Source of the DNA: the human T2T-CHM13v2.0 reference genome, Homo sapiens
Assembly (NCBI RefSeq): GCF_009914755.1
Contig: NC_060943.1
Reading direction: 5' to 3' (one strand)
DNA length: 64,000 nt
The translations under genes and the position numbers were made by a program. Under the pieces are notes generated by a model. It was not told where the DNA came from. It saw only the letters and a list, made by a program, of their open reading frames with translations, and ran no database searches. Positions 28,575-41,240 of this stretch are shown piece after piece. Within the stretch, counting starts at the first letter, position 1. Each line of letters begins with the position of its first letter.

Positions 28575-30525
28575 GAGGGAGGACTCTGCAGCTGTAAAAA
28601 AGAGTGGTGTCTATCTCCAAGAAATATACTTCTGTGAAACAAAGCAAGATAGAGAACAGGAGGTGCTGTATGCTCTTATTTATTTAAGACAAGGGGGATG
28701 CCAATATACATTGTATATTAAATAAATAAAGTTAAAAGTCATAGGTGTGGTTATAAGGGGAAGAAAGGGAAAGAGTACAAGGGACAGAGAGAGAAGCTAG
28801 ACTTGTCTGAATAGACCTGGTTTGAGTAATTAATTTAGGAACCCAATAGATATTTTATATAATGATCAAACACAATTAATTCAAAATTTTAAAAAATCTA
28901 TTCCTACAAACCAAGGGCAAAAAAAAAAAAAAAAAAAAAAAAGAAAGAAAGAAACCAAAGGAAACTAACTACATGTTGATTTGATTATGTAACCTACAGA
29001 GATAATTTGCTTTAGGTGAATTCAAAATAGCTTCCCTAATGGGTTATATCCTAAGGGCAAAAAGGAACTGCCAACATGGTTTTCAGTATCATATTATTAG
29101 TAATCATATTGGTATTGTCATTCTGAAATTCTCTTTCTTTCACACATGTATGTAGTAGGAAGAAGCAATGAAGTAATTATGCTAATGCCACTAGAAAAGT
29201 ATTTGCATAAGAAAAGAAATACAAATGGAAAATCAAAATTAAAACCTAAGTTTGAATGAAAAATGTCAGTTTGAATTTGTGATGTATTTTCTTTTGGGAA
29301 AGGAGAGTTATTTCCTGTCTGTTCACTGAAAAGACCTGAAAATGATGACCAACCCAGGAGTGCTGGGAATCTCTACAGCCAGATTGTGGTCTCTAAATAC
29401 CACTTTCACCAAAACGAATTGGGGCTCCTTAGAGAAATGTCTGATCCCAGATTCAGGGCAAATCCTGCAGAACACGTTGTCAGATAAGAAAGCAAGAAGG
29501 CTCTCCAGGATGCCTGACATGGTGTCAAAAAAAAGTAAGAGCCAACATGAGGCTTCTGTTGGCCAGAGACATGGAAATTTACATGGTCAGAGAGTTTCAC
29601 TGTGAATATTAACCACAATGGCTGAAATCACATTAAACGTGTTAAAATCCACTTGCTCGCAGTAATACTTAAAAAATCAAACAAACACCTTATTAGTCAC
29701 CTTTGGAGGCCACATCATCCATTCATTATTGTGAAAACTGGCAAAGGCAAATAAAAAAGAATCCAGCATTTAACTTGTGTTTGCTGTGAGAACTATACCT
29801 CAGGCTAGCCAAATAGTTGAGAACAGAAATTACTCTTTATAGAAGTATGGCAGCTCAAAAAGGAAGAAATGATGATAGATTGTTTAATTCCCAAAAATAA
29901 TGGATTTAGGTTATAGTTATTAATGGCTATTGACACGACAAGAAAAGAGTTAGTTGGGCATCATGTACTTCCAAGCCTGAATCATACCCAGCTTCTAGAT
30001 CTAAGTATCAGTTTACAGGAAATAAATACAGGGGACAGAGAAACATGTTAAAGGACACAATAGAGATGAAATCAGCAAAATCCAGAATGAAGAAATTTCT
30101 GTAGGACAAATGACATGTTTTTTTCAAAAAATAAAAATATAGAGGAAAGACAGGGAGAAAAAATCTAAGATTAAAAATTGAATAAACCAACTGTAAGCCA
30201 ACAAGTAATAAAATTTTTCCTGTTGTCTATTAAGTTGTTTTAAATTTGACTGTATATTTGATGATACTCTGCTCTCATTAGATAGGATGTAATGTTGTTT
30301 TTTTAGAAGTACAAACTGACATATTTATTGATGAAAGAGTGTAATAGTTGGGGTTTGTTTGTCACAATACTTTGCTTTGGTGGTGGAGAGTTGGTGCAAT
30401 TGATGAAACAAGACAGGCCATGATGATAGATAATTGTTAGAGCTGGGCAGTATGTAAATGAGAGTTCATTATGTTATTCTCTTTATTGGGTGTGTGTTGG
30501 AATTTTCCATAATAAACGTTAAATA
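28575..30525 (+). mobile_element. Old L1M (L1MC/ME) 3' region with internal poly-A
   Basis: gcagctgtaaaaaaga...; aatcagcaaaatccagaatg; ends ggaattttccataataaa. Confidence 0.75.
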
Positions 30526-30564
30526 AACGAAAGAGTGTGATATGTGATATAAGCCTTTTTTTCC

Positions 30565-30760
30565 TCACACATCTATTGCATACACATATTTTGTCTGGCA
30601 CCGTGCTAAGATAGCAGATAGAAAGTTTGCTATGATGCAGTCTTGTCCTCTAGGGACTCGTGGAAGTTGGAGAGACAAGGCTGTGGTCCAGAGAGCACAG
30701 GGTTTGCTGGAACCCTGCAGGAGGGCACTGCTGCTGTGCTGGAAACCTGCTTTCTGGTGT
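30565..30760 (-). mobile_element. L2 fragment
   Basis: catctattgcatac...tgtctggcaccgtgctaag...cagtcttgtcctc. Confidence 0.5.
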
Positions 30761-33700
30761 GATCTGACACCAGCAGCAGCCAATTCTCTAGAGCCCACTG
30801 CCTCCTGAGGACTCAGCAGAGCCACAGAATGAAGGAGGTGGAATTATCTCTATTGAGATGGGAACACGCACTAGTATTACTGGCCACCTCACCGAGGGTA
30901 CTCCTGGCCAGGTAAAAATACACCTTGTAGAATCAGATATAATGCATTGGTGTAGAGACCATGTGCTCACTGGCACACATGACAACTTTAAGTAAAGTCC
31001 TTCAATTATCTCACAACTAACTGAGCATTGCTGCTCCCTGATACTACAGGGAGTCAGGTGGGTCGACCAACACCTGCTGATGTAATGCAATCCCTTCATG
31101 GGCGCTCATGATAATTCTAGTTTGGGGAAGTGTGCCTTGAAATGGAAGGGGGAAAAATCACTGCATCGGGTAACTAGGAGGGCTATTGTGTATCCCAGGG
31201 GATGCTGTAATCCATTTAAGGCATTTTTAGTTCTTAGCCCTAGTGTGTGCCTATAGCCTCATGCTCTGTGGTTTAGGATGAGCTGAATGGCTGCTCTTAG
31301 AGGTTGCTCTGCTCCTGCCTAAGTCTCCACACCCAGGAGAAACCCACAACTCACCTCAACCACGAAGACAAATCCATATACGGTGGCAGCAGCTCAAAGA
31401 AGCAAGTGACAACACAGCCTGTCTAGCACTACCCTGTGCAGTATCTGTTGTGTGCCAACCCATCAGCTTTGCCAAAGATGTCTCTTTGTGGCACAGGGAG
31501 TCTAAGGTGGCCATTTTCTCCATTTCTGCTTGCTATGAGATGCAGCTAAAGAGTTCATCAGTGATCAATAAAGAGCCACATGCTTATGTTTGCTCCTTGG
31601 ATCTCAAGGACACTTTTTTTTTTCTTTAAACCTCACCTGCTTTTAGAGGAGTCCCTGCTGGGAGGGAAAGAACAAAATACTCTTAAAGTAGAAGAGCTTC
31701 TGTAGAGGTCCCTGGTGTCTCCTTGCTCCCTGAGGACAGCCACAGCTCTGGCATCTCTACGTAGTTTTCTTTGATGGAGCCTGCACTCCTGCAACAAAAG
31801 GGCCTCAGGTGAGCTCTCCATCTGTGGGGCTTACCCCACGCTCTCTAAGGGCTTGGGGGCATAAATCAAGCAAGTGGCGATTACAATAGTGGGAGACCCA
31901 GCTCTGCCTCTGGGCAAAGTCCTGCCCTTGGGGATGCAGAACACTGAGCTGTTCTCCATAAAGTACAGCTTGGAATCATGGAGCAGGTCAAGAAAATGCA
32001 CACATTTGAAGAAAAAGAACAGAGGACAGAAGGTAGAGGTGGGCTGTTTTCCAGGAACCAGCCAGAACTGTTGAGGGGAGAATGGGCTCATCCAAGGTAT
32101 TCATGTGCATGTATGAGTCCTCCAAGAGCACAGACAAGTGCCTGATCTCTCACTGTGCCACAGCCATGACAGCACAGAGACTTTGACACACACTTCTGAG
32201 CCTGAAGTTACTCCTCCCTTCTGCACATCCTCTTCCAAATTCCCCTTCCCATCTTCCCCTCTTTAACATGAAAGCTACCCTTGACTGTGAGATAGCATGA
32301 AAGTTTGGGCAATTTCTTGAACACACATGAAGAGTCCTTGATGATTCAAGTTCCATTTGGTCCCCATACACAGGTCTTTCCACAGACAAACGAGATTTCT
32401 TGGGGATTTCATATGATACAGTTGTTCCTTCTCCATGCAAGTTGTAGTAAGTCTTCTGGCTTCTTCTTACTTTTTACCACCATGTTCATTGTCAAGGTGT
32501 CACAGGTCATCACTAACCGTTTTAATGTCTTCTATGGACACACAACTACTGGCATTAATAGGCCAAAAAAAGCGCTGCAGTGAACAGTCTCTCTAAGTAT
32601 TGTGTAGACCACATTGGTTATTCTGTATATTGGCTATACAGAAAAATGTGTGTGTAAATGAGTATGTGCAAAGTAGACCTATTTCATGTTCATAGAAGAG
32701 TCTGAGAAGTAAGGTTTTTATGTGGGATTTCAACACTTTCATCTCCTGCCTTAAAAGCTATATGGTTTGATCATCTGTGTGGATGTGATACAGAATGCAC
32801 CCAAAACCCTTTGACTAAAAGCTTCAGAGTGTAGCTGTCTTAATTTGGTTTTTAAAATACAGAGATATGGGAGCCTCTGCGATATCAAATTCCAGAATTA
32901 TTTGCAAATTTCAGAATATGCTTGAATTTTGCCTTCTTAAGTATATGTAGTTAGGAAACAATATGAAAAATCCACTTAATCATGATGAGATTAAAGGATT
33001 TTTAAAAGCTGAGTTGCAGACACATTTACATTCCCCGATAATTTCTTAATTTTCTTTCAAATCACCTTTCATCTTCATAAAATGAACTGTAAAAATCCTT
33101 CTGAATTCCATAATGTGCCAAGAAAAATGGGGAAAAATTAAGGAGGCCCCTACCTTTTAATCATTCTGTTCATAAAGTGCTTTAACTGCACGCCAGGAAA
33201 AAAATGGAGGCTCTGGTGTCTGAGGTATTCTGTGCCATAAACTCCCATAATAGAAACAGATGGTGAAACTGCCTTGGAAGTGAAGAAACTAGTGTACACG
33301 CAGCTCACCCTAACATATGAAGAGATTCAGGGCTGACACATGAAGGAATGCATTTGGCGTGGTGCCAGCAGTACACTCTAATTCAGCCGTGAGTGTTCAA
33401 GCTTGAGATGGGAGACCCACAATTTCAGGATCTGGAATGCCGGCAGCTCCAGGATTTAGAATGCCGTGGAAGGTTCTTGGGCTCTTTCCATCCTGCCATG
33501 GAGGACGGTGTTCTCAGTGTTTCAGGTGACCGTGAGTTCCAACAGAGAGCTCTTCCTGGCTTTTATAAATGGTTCATAAAAACAATAGTGGAGAAATGCC
33601 AGGTTTGCTGGAGCTTCCTTTAACTAAGTTAGGATTTGCTTTTTACCTAGAGCTGCCGCCAGTGGATGCTGAAAGAAGAGAAAATGTGCAGGACAAAGAG

Positions 33701-33891
33701 ACATCAGTGAAAATGATATTAGACGGAAAGGGAAGGACCCTGGTGCCAGCCCCACCTGTGACCCTAGTTGATTGGATGGCACGTGCAGGCAAAGGAGCCT
33801 CTCTTGGATATCGTGTTTTCCCAAGAAAATTGAACACATTTCCATGTTGTATCCCAATGGCATTAATACATGCATTTTTTTTTCTATGTGC

Positions 33892-34235
33892 TGTATTAGT
33901 TAGGGTGGGTTAAATTCTGTTACACAGACCCCAAAACGTAGCGATGCAAACACAATGGAAGTTTACGTGTCCTGTATACAGCAGTCTAGGGTGTGCAAAG
34001 TGGTGGGGAGGTCTCTGTCCACCTTGAGGCTCCCCATCCAGCGGGGTCTTTTCACCTCCAGCACCCAGCAGGTGGGAGGGAGAGAGCACAGTGGAGGCCC
34101 ACTGCTGCCTTCAGAGCTGATTCCCAGAGTTCTACATTCCCCTTCGACTCATAATCCACTGGTCACAAGGACTTGAGTGCCACAGCCTTGCACGTAGACA
34201 GAGAAGTTTTGATGGACAGCTGCATTGTGGCACGT
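33892..34235 (-). mobile_element. MLT1/LTR33-type LTR inserted in the integrase of relic C
   Basis: tgtattagttaggg...aaacacaatggaagttta...ataatccactggtcacaag. Confidence 0.6.
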
Positions 34236-34278
34236 GGATGTATTAACTAGATGTTCTGTCGTCCCAGGAGGGTCTTGC

Positions 34279-35695
34279 ATGTTCTCCCCACCTATTCAAG
34301 CCTGTCTGAAATTGATGCTCTCTTTTCCCTTCCAGGAAATGTGGTGTCCTCTGATCCTCCTTCCTTCCTGAGAACTGGGGTCCTTGCAGATCCGCCAAGT
34401 CCAGAGGTGCCCAGTGGCCCTGCATTTCCTTCCACCAGAGTCAGCTGAATTCAGATCAAAACTTAGAAGAACGTTCCTCCCTCCACGGGACTCAGCCCTG
34501 CGGCTGGGGTGGAGCTGGGGACCAGACCCAGTGGAACCCTCATTGTTTATCCTCTCTCATCTCTGATCTCAGGCACTCAGGTCCCAACCGTTCTCTTCCT
34601 AGCCTCTTTACTTCTATGGAAATCACTCAGACATTGAGAGACCCCTGTTGTGAGAGGTTGGGAGACTCAAGCTCTACAAGCACAAGCCAATCTCAGCTGA
34701 GGCTGAGCCTGAACTATTCCTTGTGTCCCTGCAACAATTCTCCTTCTCAGCACTGGCAAATGATGTTTGTTTCCCAAAAGCAAGGAACATGTGAGGAGCA
34801 GAGTGATATTTCCACTTAGGACCAAACCTTCCAATAGGTACAACTTCCCTCATGCCATTAGCCCTCCTTGATCCAGAGAGGAGACAGCCAGGCAACTTTA
34901 GTCTCTGCAGGGCCTAGTCCTAAGGTGATTGTGTAGGATTTGGGAGAGGAAGGGGAGAGCTGACCACTCTGATGTTACCCTGAGATGGCTCCTGTGCCGT
35001 GACTGACTGTGCTGTGACCAGGAGACTCAGCTTACCTGGAGTGGGGCTGTAGGGACACATGAGCCAATTTCCTACCTTAGGCTGGCCAGAGGCTGGTTTG
35101 GGAGCAGGACTAGGTTTTGAGGGGTGCTAAAGCTTAAACAGTTTGAGAGGCCCTCTAAGAATAAGAGTATACAATTATGAGTGCAAAACTGCTAGAGTTC
35201 CTCCAGGGCCTGTGCCTGGTGGGTGGGGCAAGGGGTTCCCCAGAGACTTGAGCTTCATAAGGACTCTGCTGTGTATGGAAGTAGGGGGTAGGGGGAGAAC
35301 AGGCATCGTGTCTAGGTTGTGTGCACCAGCCAGTTAGTGCTGGTAGCATGAGGCAGTTGAGGACATCTGGGGCTGAGGGTCTTTCTGAGAGCAGCTGATG
35401 GAGGAAAGGGAGGCCCTTGCAGAAGAAAAGTCTTTGCTGCTCAGGGATGGGACTGAAAGGCTGATTGTACAGATTCCTGACCCCTTCAGAGCTGATTCAG
35501 CACTTCTGCATCACCTGAAGAAAGAGAAAGAGCGCTGGTGCCCCTTCTGCTTCTCCAGCCTGCTTTTTCTGACTGACCATTCCCTACCCTGGTCACCCCT
35601 TCACCTGTGGCCACAGACCTCTCTCCAGTAGGACTTATAGCTGGTTTCCCATTGGCCATGTGGCTTCCATGAGAGCATGCATTCTCAAGAGTAAG
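34279..35695 (+). mobile_element. Gypsy relic J: RT-RNase H-integrase fragments
   Basis: HVLPT...IDALFSLPG (34279), LPSL...EITQTLRD (~34595), LRIRVYNYECK (35155), REALAEEKSLLLRDGTERLIVQIPDPFR...LLH (ORF 35398), PLHLWP (~35597), HAFSR (~35675). Confidence 0.6.
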
Positions 35696-36309
35696 CCCAA
35701 CACTGTCTTTCCAGGAGGCTCTCCTCACCCTCACTCCCCACCCCACTTCCTGTACCTGGAATGGTGTGGGGAACAGTACCTGGAATGGTGTATGGAAGAA
35801 GCCTGATTAGATGCATGGAAGGATGAAAAGATGGAAATCTTTAGCAGGTTCCTATTGAATGGAAGGATCAGACACTGCCTCACAGCTGCTTCTGTATTTA
35901 TCTTTCTTCTTGGCAAGTCTTGCTTTGAATAGACTGCAAGCCCCCTGTAAGCTGGCTGTGTGTCCATTGCATTATTGTTAATCTCTCACAGCCTGGTAGA
36001 GGGCTGAGTGCTCAGAAGGATCTGAGCAGGGCTGGTGGTGCAGCTGACTCCATCAGTGGCTGCTGTTGACATTTCTCTAGCATGGGAAGACAGTGGACCC
36101 TCGGTGTGCAAGGGAAAGATGGGCTGCCTCAGGCATACAGGAAGCTGCTCTGGTTGCAGGTATACTCCTAGAAGACTGTGGGGGTGTGGCAGCCATCTCT
36201 GCAGGCACCAGGCAGGGGTAGCTAGGGGTCAGCCTCCCATCTGTTTCTGCTCTTCTTATCCTCCTGTTCATAGCCAGCTCCCTTGAGAGCCTTATTCAGG
36301 CTCCATGAG

Positions 36310-36460
36310 GCTCAGTTAGATTCTAGGGAAGCTTCTTTTTTCCCATTGCAGAAGGGTCAGCAGTGGAGGACAAGAGGCCAAGTAGCCTCAGAATACTGGG
36401 GCTCCAGGACCCCAAAGGGATGTTTCCCAACTGATTCTCTAGGCCCATAAACAGATGGGT
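36310..36460 (+). mobile_element. Gypsy RT C-terminal relic K
   Basis: APGPQRDVSQL (36401; cf. APxPxDVSQLRSFLG). Confidence 0.4.
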
Positions 36461-37564
36461 TCCCTGAGGGCCCTGCTCTGTGTCTGGGGGAAGGAAACAC
36501 CCAGGACTGGTTGAATTCCAGTGAGAACGATGCTGCCGTTGATTTGTGGTTTGACAGTCAAAAATAATCCAAGCATTGCTTTGCATGTGATTTATACAAG
36601 TGTCTTAATTGGCATCTTGATTATATGATTGCGTGAAGGGCTGTTTTCAAGAAGGTGTATCTCTAAATAGAAAAAAGAAGAAATATACAGCTGTGAAGTG
36701 TGCGTGAAGCCCCCCAGGATCTATGCCTTCCCTTTGCTTTTATGCACTGACACCACATTTTCCAGTTTCTGCCCCTAGACTGGACCTTTAGTGGGAAACA
36801 TTTCCCCAAATTGCATAAATTTTTCCTGCAGACATGGAGCTTGGTTTGCAGTTTTTCTCTGGATCTGCTGCATTTTTCTCTGTTACACAAACTTAGTGAT
36901 GTGGTCTCTCCTAGTCTGATTACAGCTAATTATTTTAGAAATATATTTTAAAGGCAAGTGATCTTAACTTTATGGCTAATCCAATGGAGAAGATCTAAGA
37001 AAGACCTGAAAATCATAAAATGTTCCAGAACATTATATTTTGTGCAGTCCAGAATGTGACACATGGGGTCTTTAATAATTCACTGCTTGTTAACATTAAA
37101 CAACTGTTAACATGCTCAAATAATTAGTTATGCTTGCTTGACATGTTTGCATCTTTAATAATTGATGCATTTATCTTAATTACTAACAGTATTATGGTCG
37201 TAATATGCATCTTTTTTCTATCTTAGAATTTTAACAAAAACTGACTTTTTGCCAAAAATGATTATGCTCTAAGTTTTAATTACTCATTGTAATTAAATTG
37301 CAAGCTGCAGTATTTTACTAAAATATCTTTCACAAAAATATTTAATGGAAAAGAGGTGATTTGTTGTTTATGTAGCCAAGTTAGTAAATATTTCATAAGT
37401 TTGATATTACCCTTTCAGAGTGGATATAAAATAGCATTACTTTCAAGATATGAGTCAATTTAAAAGTCTTCTGTAGCTTAAGATTTTTCTACCATTTCTA
37501 CTCAAAATGTCATTCCCCCGCCAATCCACCACCACTATAGAAATCTGGTACCACTCTTTGTGTG

Positions 37565-38070
37565 GAAGAGAAAGGTTTCTTTAACCAGCCAGGCAAGTAG
37601 GAACTTGAACCTCTGTTTCAGGAGGTGGTGTTGATTGGAAACCAATAGAAAAGCGATGTCCACACTTTCCCTCCATTTCCTTTCTCCAGCCCTGTTTATG
37701 TAAGCTAGTCCAGAAGACCAGCATTGGGGTGACTGTTTGATTAAAATGCACCTTAATAAGGACGCAGACATATGTCCCATTGTTTAAGCTTTGTCCAGGT
37801 GCTCATGCATGACTGGAAGCTTACTATTGATTGAGAAAGACCTACTGCTTTTGAGAACATTAGCGCTGTAAAAGCCTGGGAGATTATGAGAAGCAACCAC
37901 TTCATTTACTGACAGGGAAACTGAGGCTTGCAGGCCTTTGGCCCAAGCTCACACAGAGTGACCCAGGTAGATAAGAACTTAGATACTCAGATGACATGTC
38001 CAGATCTCTGTCTTATACACCTACAGGCCTTTCCTTTAGCCCGTTGGGCTATCTTTGAGGATTCATCAGG
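37565..38070 (+). mobile_element. Gypsy RT relic Q, split by a MIR
   Basis: KGFF, SPALF, GDCLI before the MIR; LQAF...GYL*GFI after it. Confidence 0.4.
37860..38020 (-). mobile_element. MIR
   Basis: ttcatttactgacagggaaactgaggc...gcccaagctcacacag. Confidence 0.7.
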
Positions 38071-38599
38071 GTTCCTGCACTAGGCAAAATCTATCAGCAC
38101 AACTGGTCAGTTCCACAGAAGGCAGGGTTATGGGCCAAGACCTTGCCATTTCTTAACTTTCTAGGCCCCTTACTGGGATTCCATTCATCTGGGCTCTATT
38201 TTCACTGTTCTGGGGCTCACCTAGGCTGGAAGCATCAAGAAGTACACGTGGTTGAGATCTGGGTGATGCCCCAATGTGTTTTGCTGGTTAATTAGTTACT
38301 GCTGTAAGTCATCAGAGGTTTTCAAGATGCAAATCAAGCAATTATGGGGCTATTTGGAAATGACAAGCAGACCAAGAGTAAATCTCAGCCCCAGCAGAAT
38401 GAGGCCCGGCTTACTAAGGACCCGGAACTCAACCCACTCCAGTCTGCATCCTGAACACACAAAACTCTTTTCTTCGTCATCAAAACTGCCTGACTTCTTG
38501 GGGACCTAAGAGAGGGGCAGGGCCACTGGATCTGTAGCATGGGGAGGTGTCTCAGTTCTTCACCATCAATTTCAAAAGCACCCAGATCAATTAAGATGC

Positions 38600-39070
38600 C
38601 TTTAGTCATAGCAATGAGCACAAAATCTCAACTTATATTGTCTTGAAAAATGTGGAAATTTACTATTCCACAAAACTAGGTATCCAGAGCAGTGGGGAGG
38701 AGTGAGGTAGAACGCCTCCATTCACAGCACAGTAATCTCATCAAGGACACGGGTTCTTTCCATCTCCCCAGTCTACCACCCTCAAGATCTGCTTCATCAC
38801 AAGCCTTGGCCCCCTTGGGTCACACAATGGCTGCAGCTGTTCAGCTACCATGTTCAGACACAATATCCAGAGGAAAAAGGTGGCACTGTTTGTCTCTGTG
38901 CTTTCCGTGTAGGAATGAGAAAATCTTTCCCAGAGGCCACAGCAGATTTTCACCTATGTCTTTTTGGCTAGTTCTGGGTTGGACACTTCCTCCTGAACCA
39001 GTCATTAGCAAGTGGAATGAAATGACCAGGATTGGCTTAAATTTGTCATCCCCAGATAGCCTTGGCATAG
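38600..39070 (-). mobile_element. MLT1/LTR33-type LTR
   Basis: tcatcaaggacacgggttctttccatct...ggtcacacaatggctgcagc. Confidence 0.65.
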
Positions 39071-39109
39071 TGGAGTCAACCACTGTATCCAATATGCTCC
39101 CTTATGTCA

Positions 39110-39330
39110 ATCAATCACCCCTTACTCAGCAGTCATTCTCAGCTGGGTATGTTCTTCATGCTGGGTACAGTGTAAGGCACTCCAAAGTAGATAAAATAAA
39201 TAGACACAGGCTCTGCCCTAAGAAAGTTTTTGATAATAGGGAAATGAGACATAGAAACAAACCACTAAATGGAAACCTACTGCAATTGTTTAGAAGAACA
39301 GCTAACAAACGCTGGGCTCAGTACAATTCA
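39110..39330 (-). mobile_element. L2 fragment
   Basis: gctgggtacagtgtaaggcac...aaatagacacaggctctgccct. Confidence 0.5.
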
Positions 39331-39589
39331 TCAGGGATTTCCTAAACATCTTCTATGTGCATAGATATAGCTTAGGTGTTATTGAGGAGACAAAAGAACA
39401 TAAAAATGCATTCTTCCTGTTAAAGAGCTTAGTTAAGGTGTCCAGATATGCATACCAGGGACTTTCTCTGTCTTTCCCTTACTCCAGACAGAAGTACAGA
39501 TGGCTCTTGGCGAGCTTAAAGGAGTATTTATGGGGAGTAATTTCAGAGCTTCTGCTGGGCCTTTGCATAGGTAAGAGAGTGGCCATTAA

Positions 39590-40050
39590 GATGTGTCTGT
39601 CAGTTGAGAAAGCTTTTCACTCTAAGTAATAGAGAACCAGATTAACTGTGTCTAAAACACCGAAGACATTTATTGTCACAAAGTCTCCAGGTTGTTACTC
39701 AGCTCATCAGTGCAATCAAGGTTTCAGAATTTTTCTCTTTCCCTTCTCTCACCTTTGGATTGCTAGACTTTCATCTGTCTTTTTTATTTTTTTGTTTTGT
39801 TTTTTCCCTCATGGTGGCAAAATGGCCATTGCAGCCCCAAGCATCAAATCTGTATTCAAAGCAGCCAGTGCTCTGCGGGCACACTTTCTCTTTGTTCCTG
39901 TTCTTTTTATCAGGAAGCAATATAACTTCCTTAAAAGTCCACCAATAAACCTCCCTTATATCTTGCTGGTCAGAACTTGGCCTCCTGGGCATTGCTGTGT
40001 GCAAGGGAGACTGGAAGACTACAATGAGACGTGGAAAAGGAGTGGGGTGT
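39590..40050 (-). mobile_element. MLT1/LTR33-type LTR
   Basis: ctcatggtggcaaaatggccattgcagcccc...tcttgctggtcagaactt. Confidence 0.6.
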
Positions 40051-40619
40051 GAGGAAGGCAGTGGATTTGCCAATCCATCATGCCTATCACAGGAGGCGTG
40101 GCTCAGTCATATGTCTTTCTTTCATAACAGGCAGGAGGACCAAAGGGGCACAAAATGAGAACAGAAAGTTGGAGGAGGGGACCCACTGTGCCATTCAAGC
40201 TCTTGTGAGTCATTAGTTTCATCGTAAGAGTTTCTTTTCAAATTGTGGAGCAGTTGGGCAAATATTTCTTTCCCCTATTATATTTTAGATGGCACTGTCT
40301 AGGATAGTTGTTGGCTTTGGTTAGGAGTGTGTGTGTGTGTGTGTGTATGAGTCAACCCATTGGGCAATTTGAAGAATCAAAACAAAACAAACCGACAAAC
40401 AGCCTCAACCCCTGGTACTAGAGACATCTGTGCATGGATGGCCTTGGTGTATCTAACCCTGTGGTTACCTTTCCATCTCCATCCCTCTACTTGTTGCAAA
40501 CGTAGGGAAAACCCTGGGACACTGAGAAACAGGTGGGGCATGGGTGATTTGCGGGGAGAGGGGCATTCTTTCACAGGATGTGGTAGAGATAGCTGAGCCT
40601 TGTGCAAGAGTAAGACTGA

Positions 40620-40960
40620 TTTTCTGATCACATAAAATGCAAAGACTCAGCATTAGAAAGTCTGATGCAACCTTCCCTACCAGGATAAAGTCTAAACACC
40701 TTAACCTAGCACTAAAAACCCTCCAAGATTTGGACCCTGCAGCTTCCAGCCTCACCAGTCTGCCAACAGAGACAGTCTTCATCTCCACATTGCCCTCACC
40801 CTGGGTTCCTGTGTGTCTTCACATCTCCCTGTTTTTATTCATGCCCCTTCCCGTGTCCAGAGCTCCCTTCTGCTCCCCCTCCCTATGCTAAGACAGTTCA
40901 TCTCTCCACACCCTGCTGGACCTTTCCTATCCCTAAGCACAGACCTCAGGGCCTGGGCCT
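40620..40960 (+). mobile_element. L2 fragment
   Basis: caggataaagtctaaacaccttaacctagc...ctccaagatttggaccctg. Confidence 0.6.
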
Positions 40961-41134
40961 CCTGGAGCCACCCACTCAGCAGAGTCACAGCAGCCTGGGG
41001 CCAGGACTTCCCTTCCAATGACTTTGCCACAGTTTGGCTGCACAGAAAGGTCTGTTTCCTGCATGCCATGTCTGTAAGAGTCTTGACTGTGGCCCAGGTG
41101 CAAGAGACAGACATCCTTTTGTTGTGATGAGAGG

Positions 41135-41240
41135 AGTGATTCCTAGCCTTGCCACTTCTTAGCTGTGTGAGCTTGGGTGAATTATTGAACCTCTCTGTGC
41201 CTATATTTTGTCATCTATAAAATGGGCATAACAATAGCAT
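41135..41240 (+). mobile_element. MIR
   Basis: ttgccacttcttagctgtgtgagcttggg...aacctctctgtgcct...tcatctataaaatggg. Confidence 0.85.

Larger units (their letters stand above)
24825..34270 (+). mobile_element. Gypsy relic C: gag knuckle remnant-PR-RT-RNase H-integrase in canonical order, split by later insertions
   Basis: GMKAQLEFD*GTS (25043-25081), PSL/LGRD (25313), REEKKEL (25575), SPSVPIRK (25645), IPHTNEVLAFL (25813), GRVFGKLDLVQAYQHL (27994), ITHQGPF*AKCLRLQ (28068), ILQGV (31041), ALKWKGEK...RAIV...KAFL (31134), QQLKEA/VTTQPV (31387), SVINKE (31558), L*WSL (31769), QVA...GDPAL (31871), HP/GI (32089), FGVVPAVHSN (33353), PQF (33417), FHPA (33486), AER (33668), GYRVFP (~33806), LDVL/RP (34247). 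Confidence 0.75.

Noticed and set aside
35752-35791. 16-bp direct repeat gtacctggaatggtgt
   Set aside because: Simple local duplication with no further structure.
38692-39345. Longest ORF (217 aa)
   Set aside because: GTG start, overlaps MLT/LTR33 and L2 remnants, no recognisable domain; likely chance.
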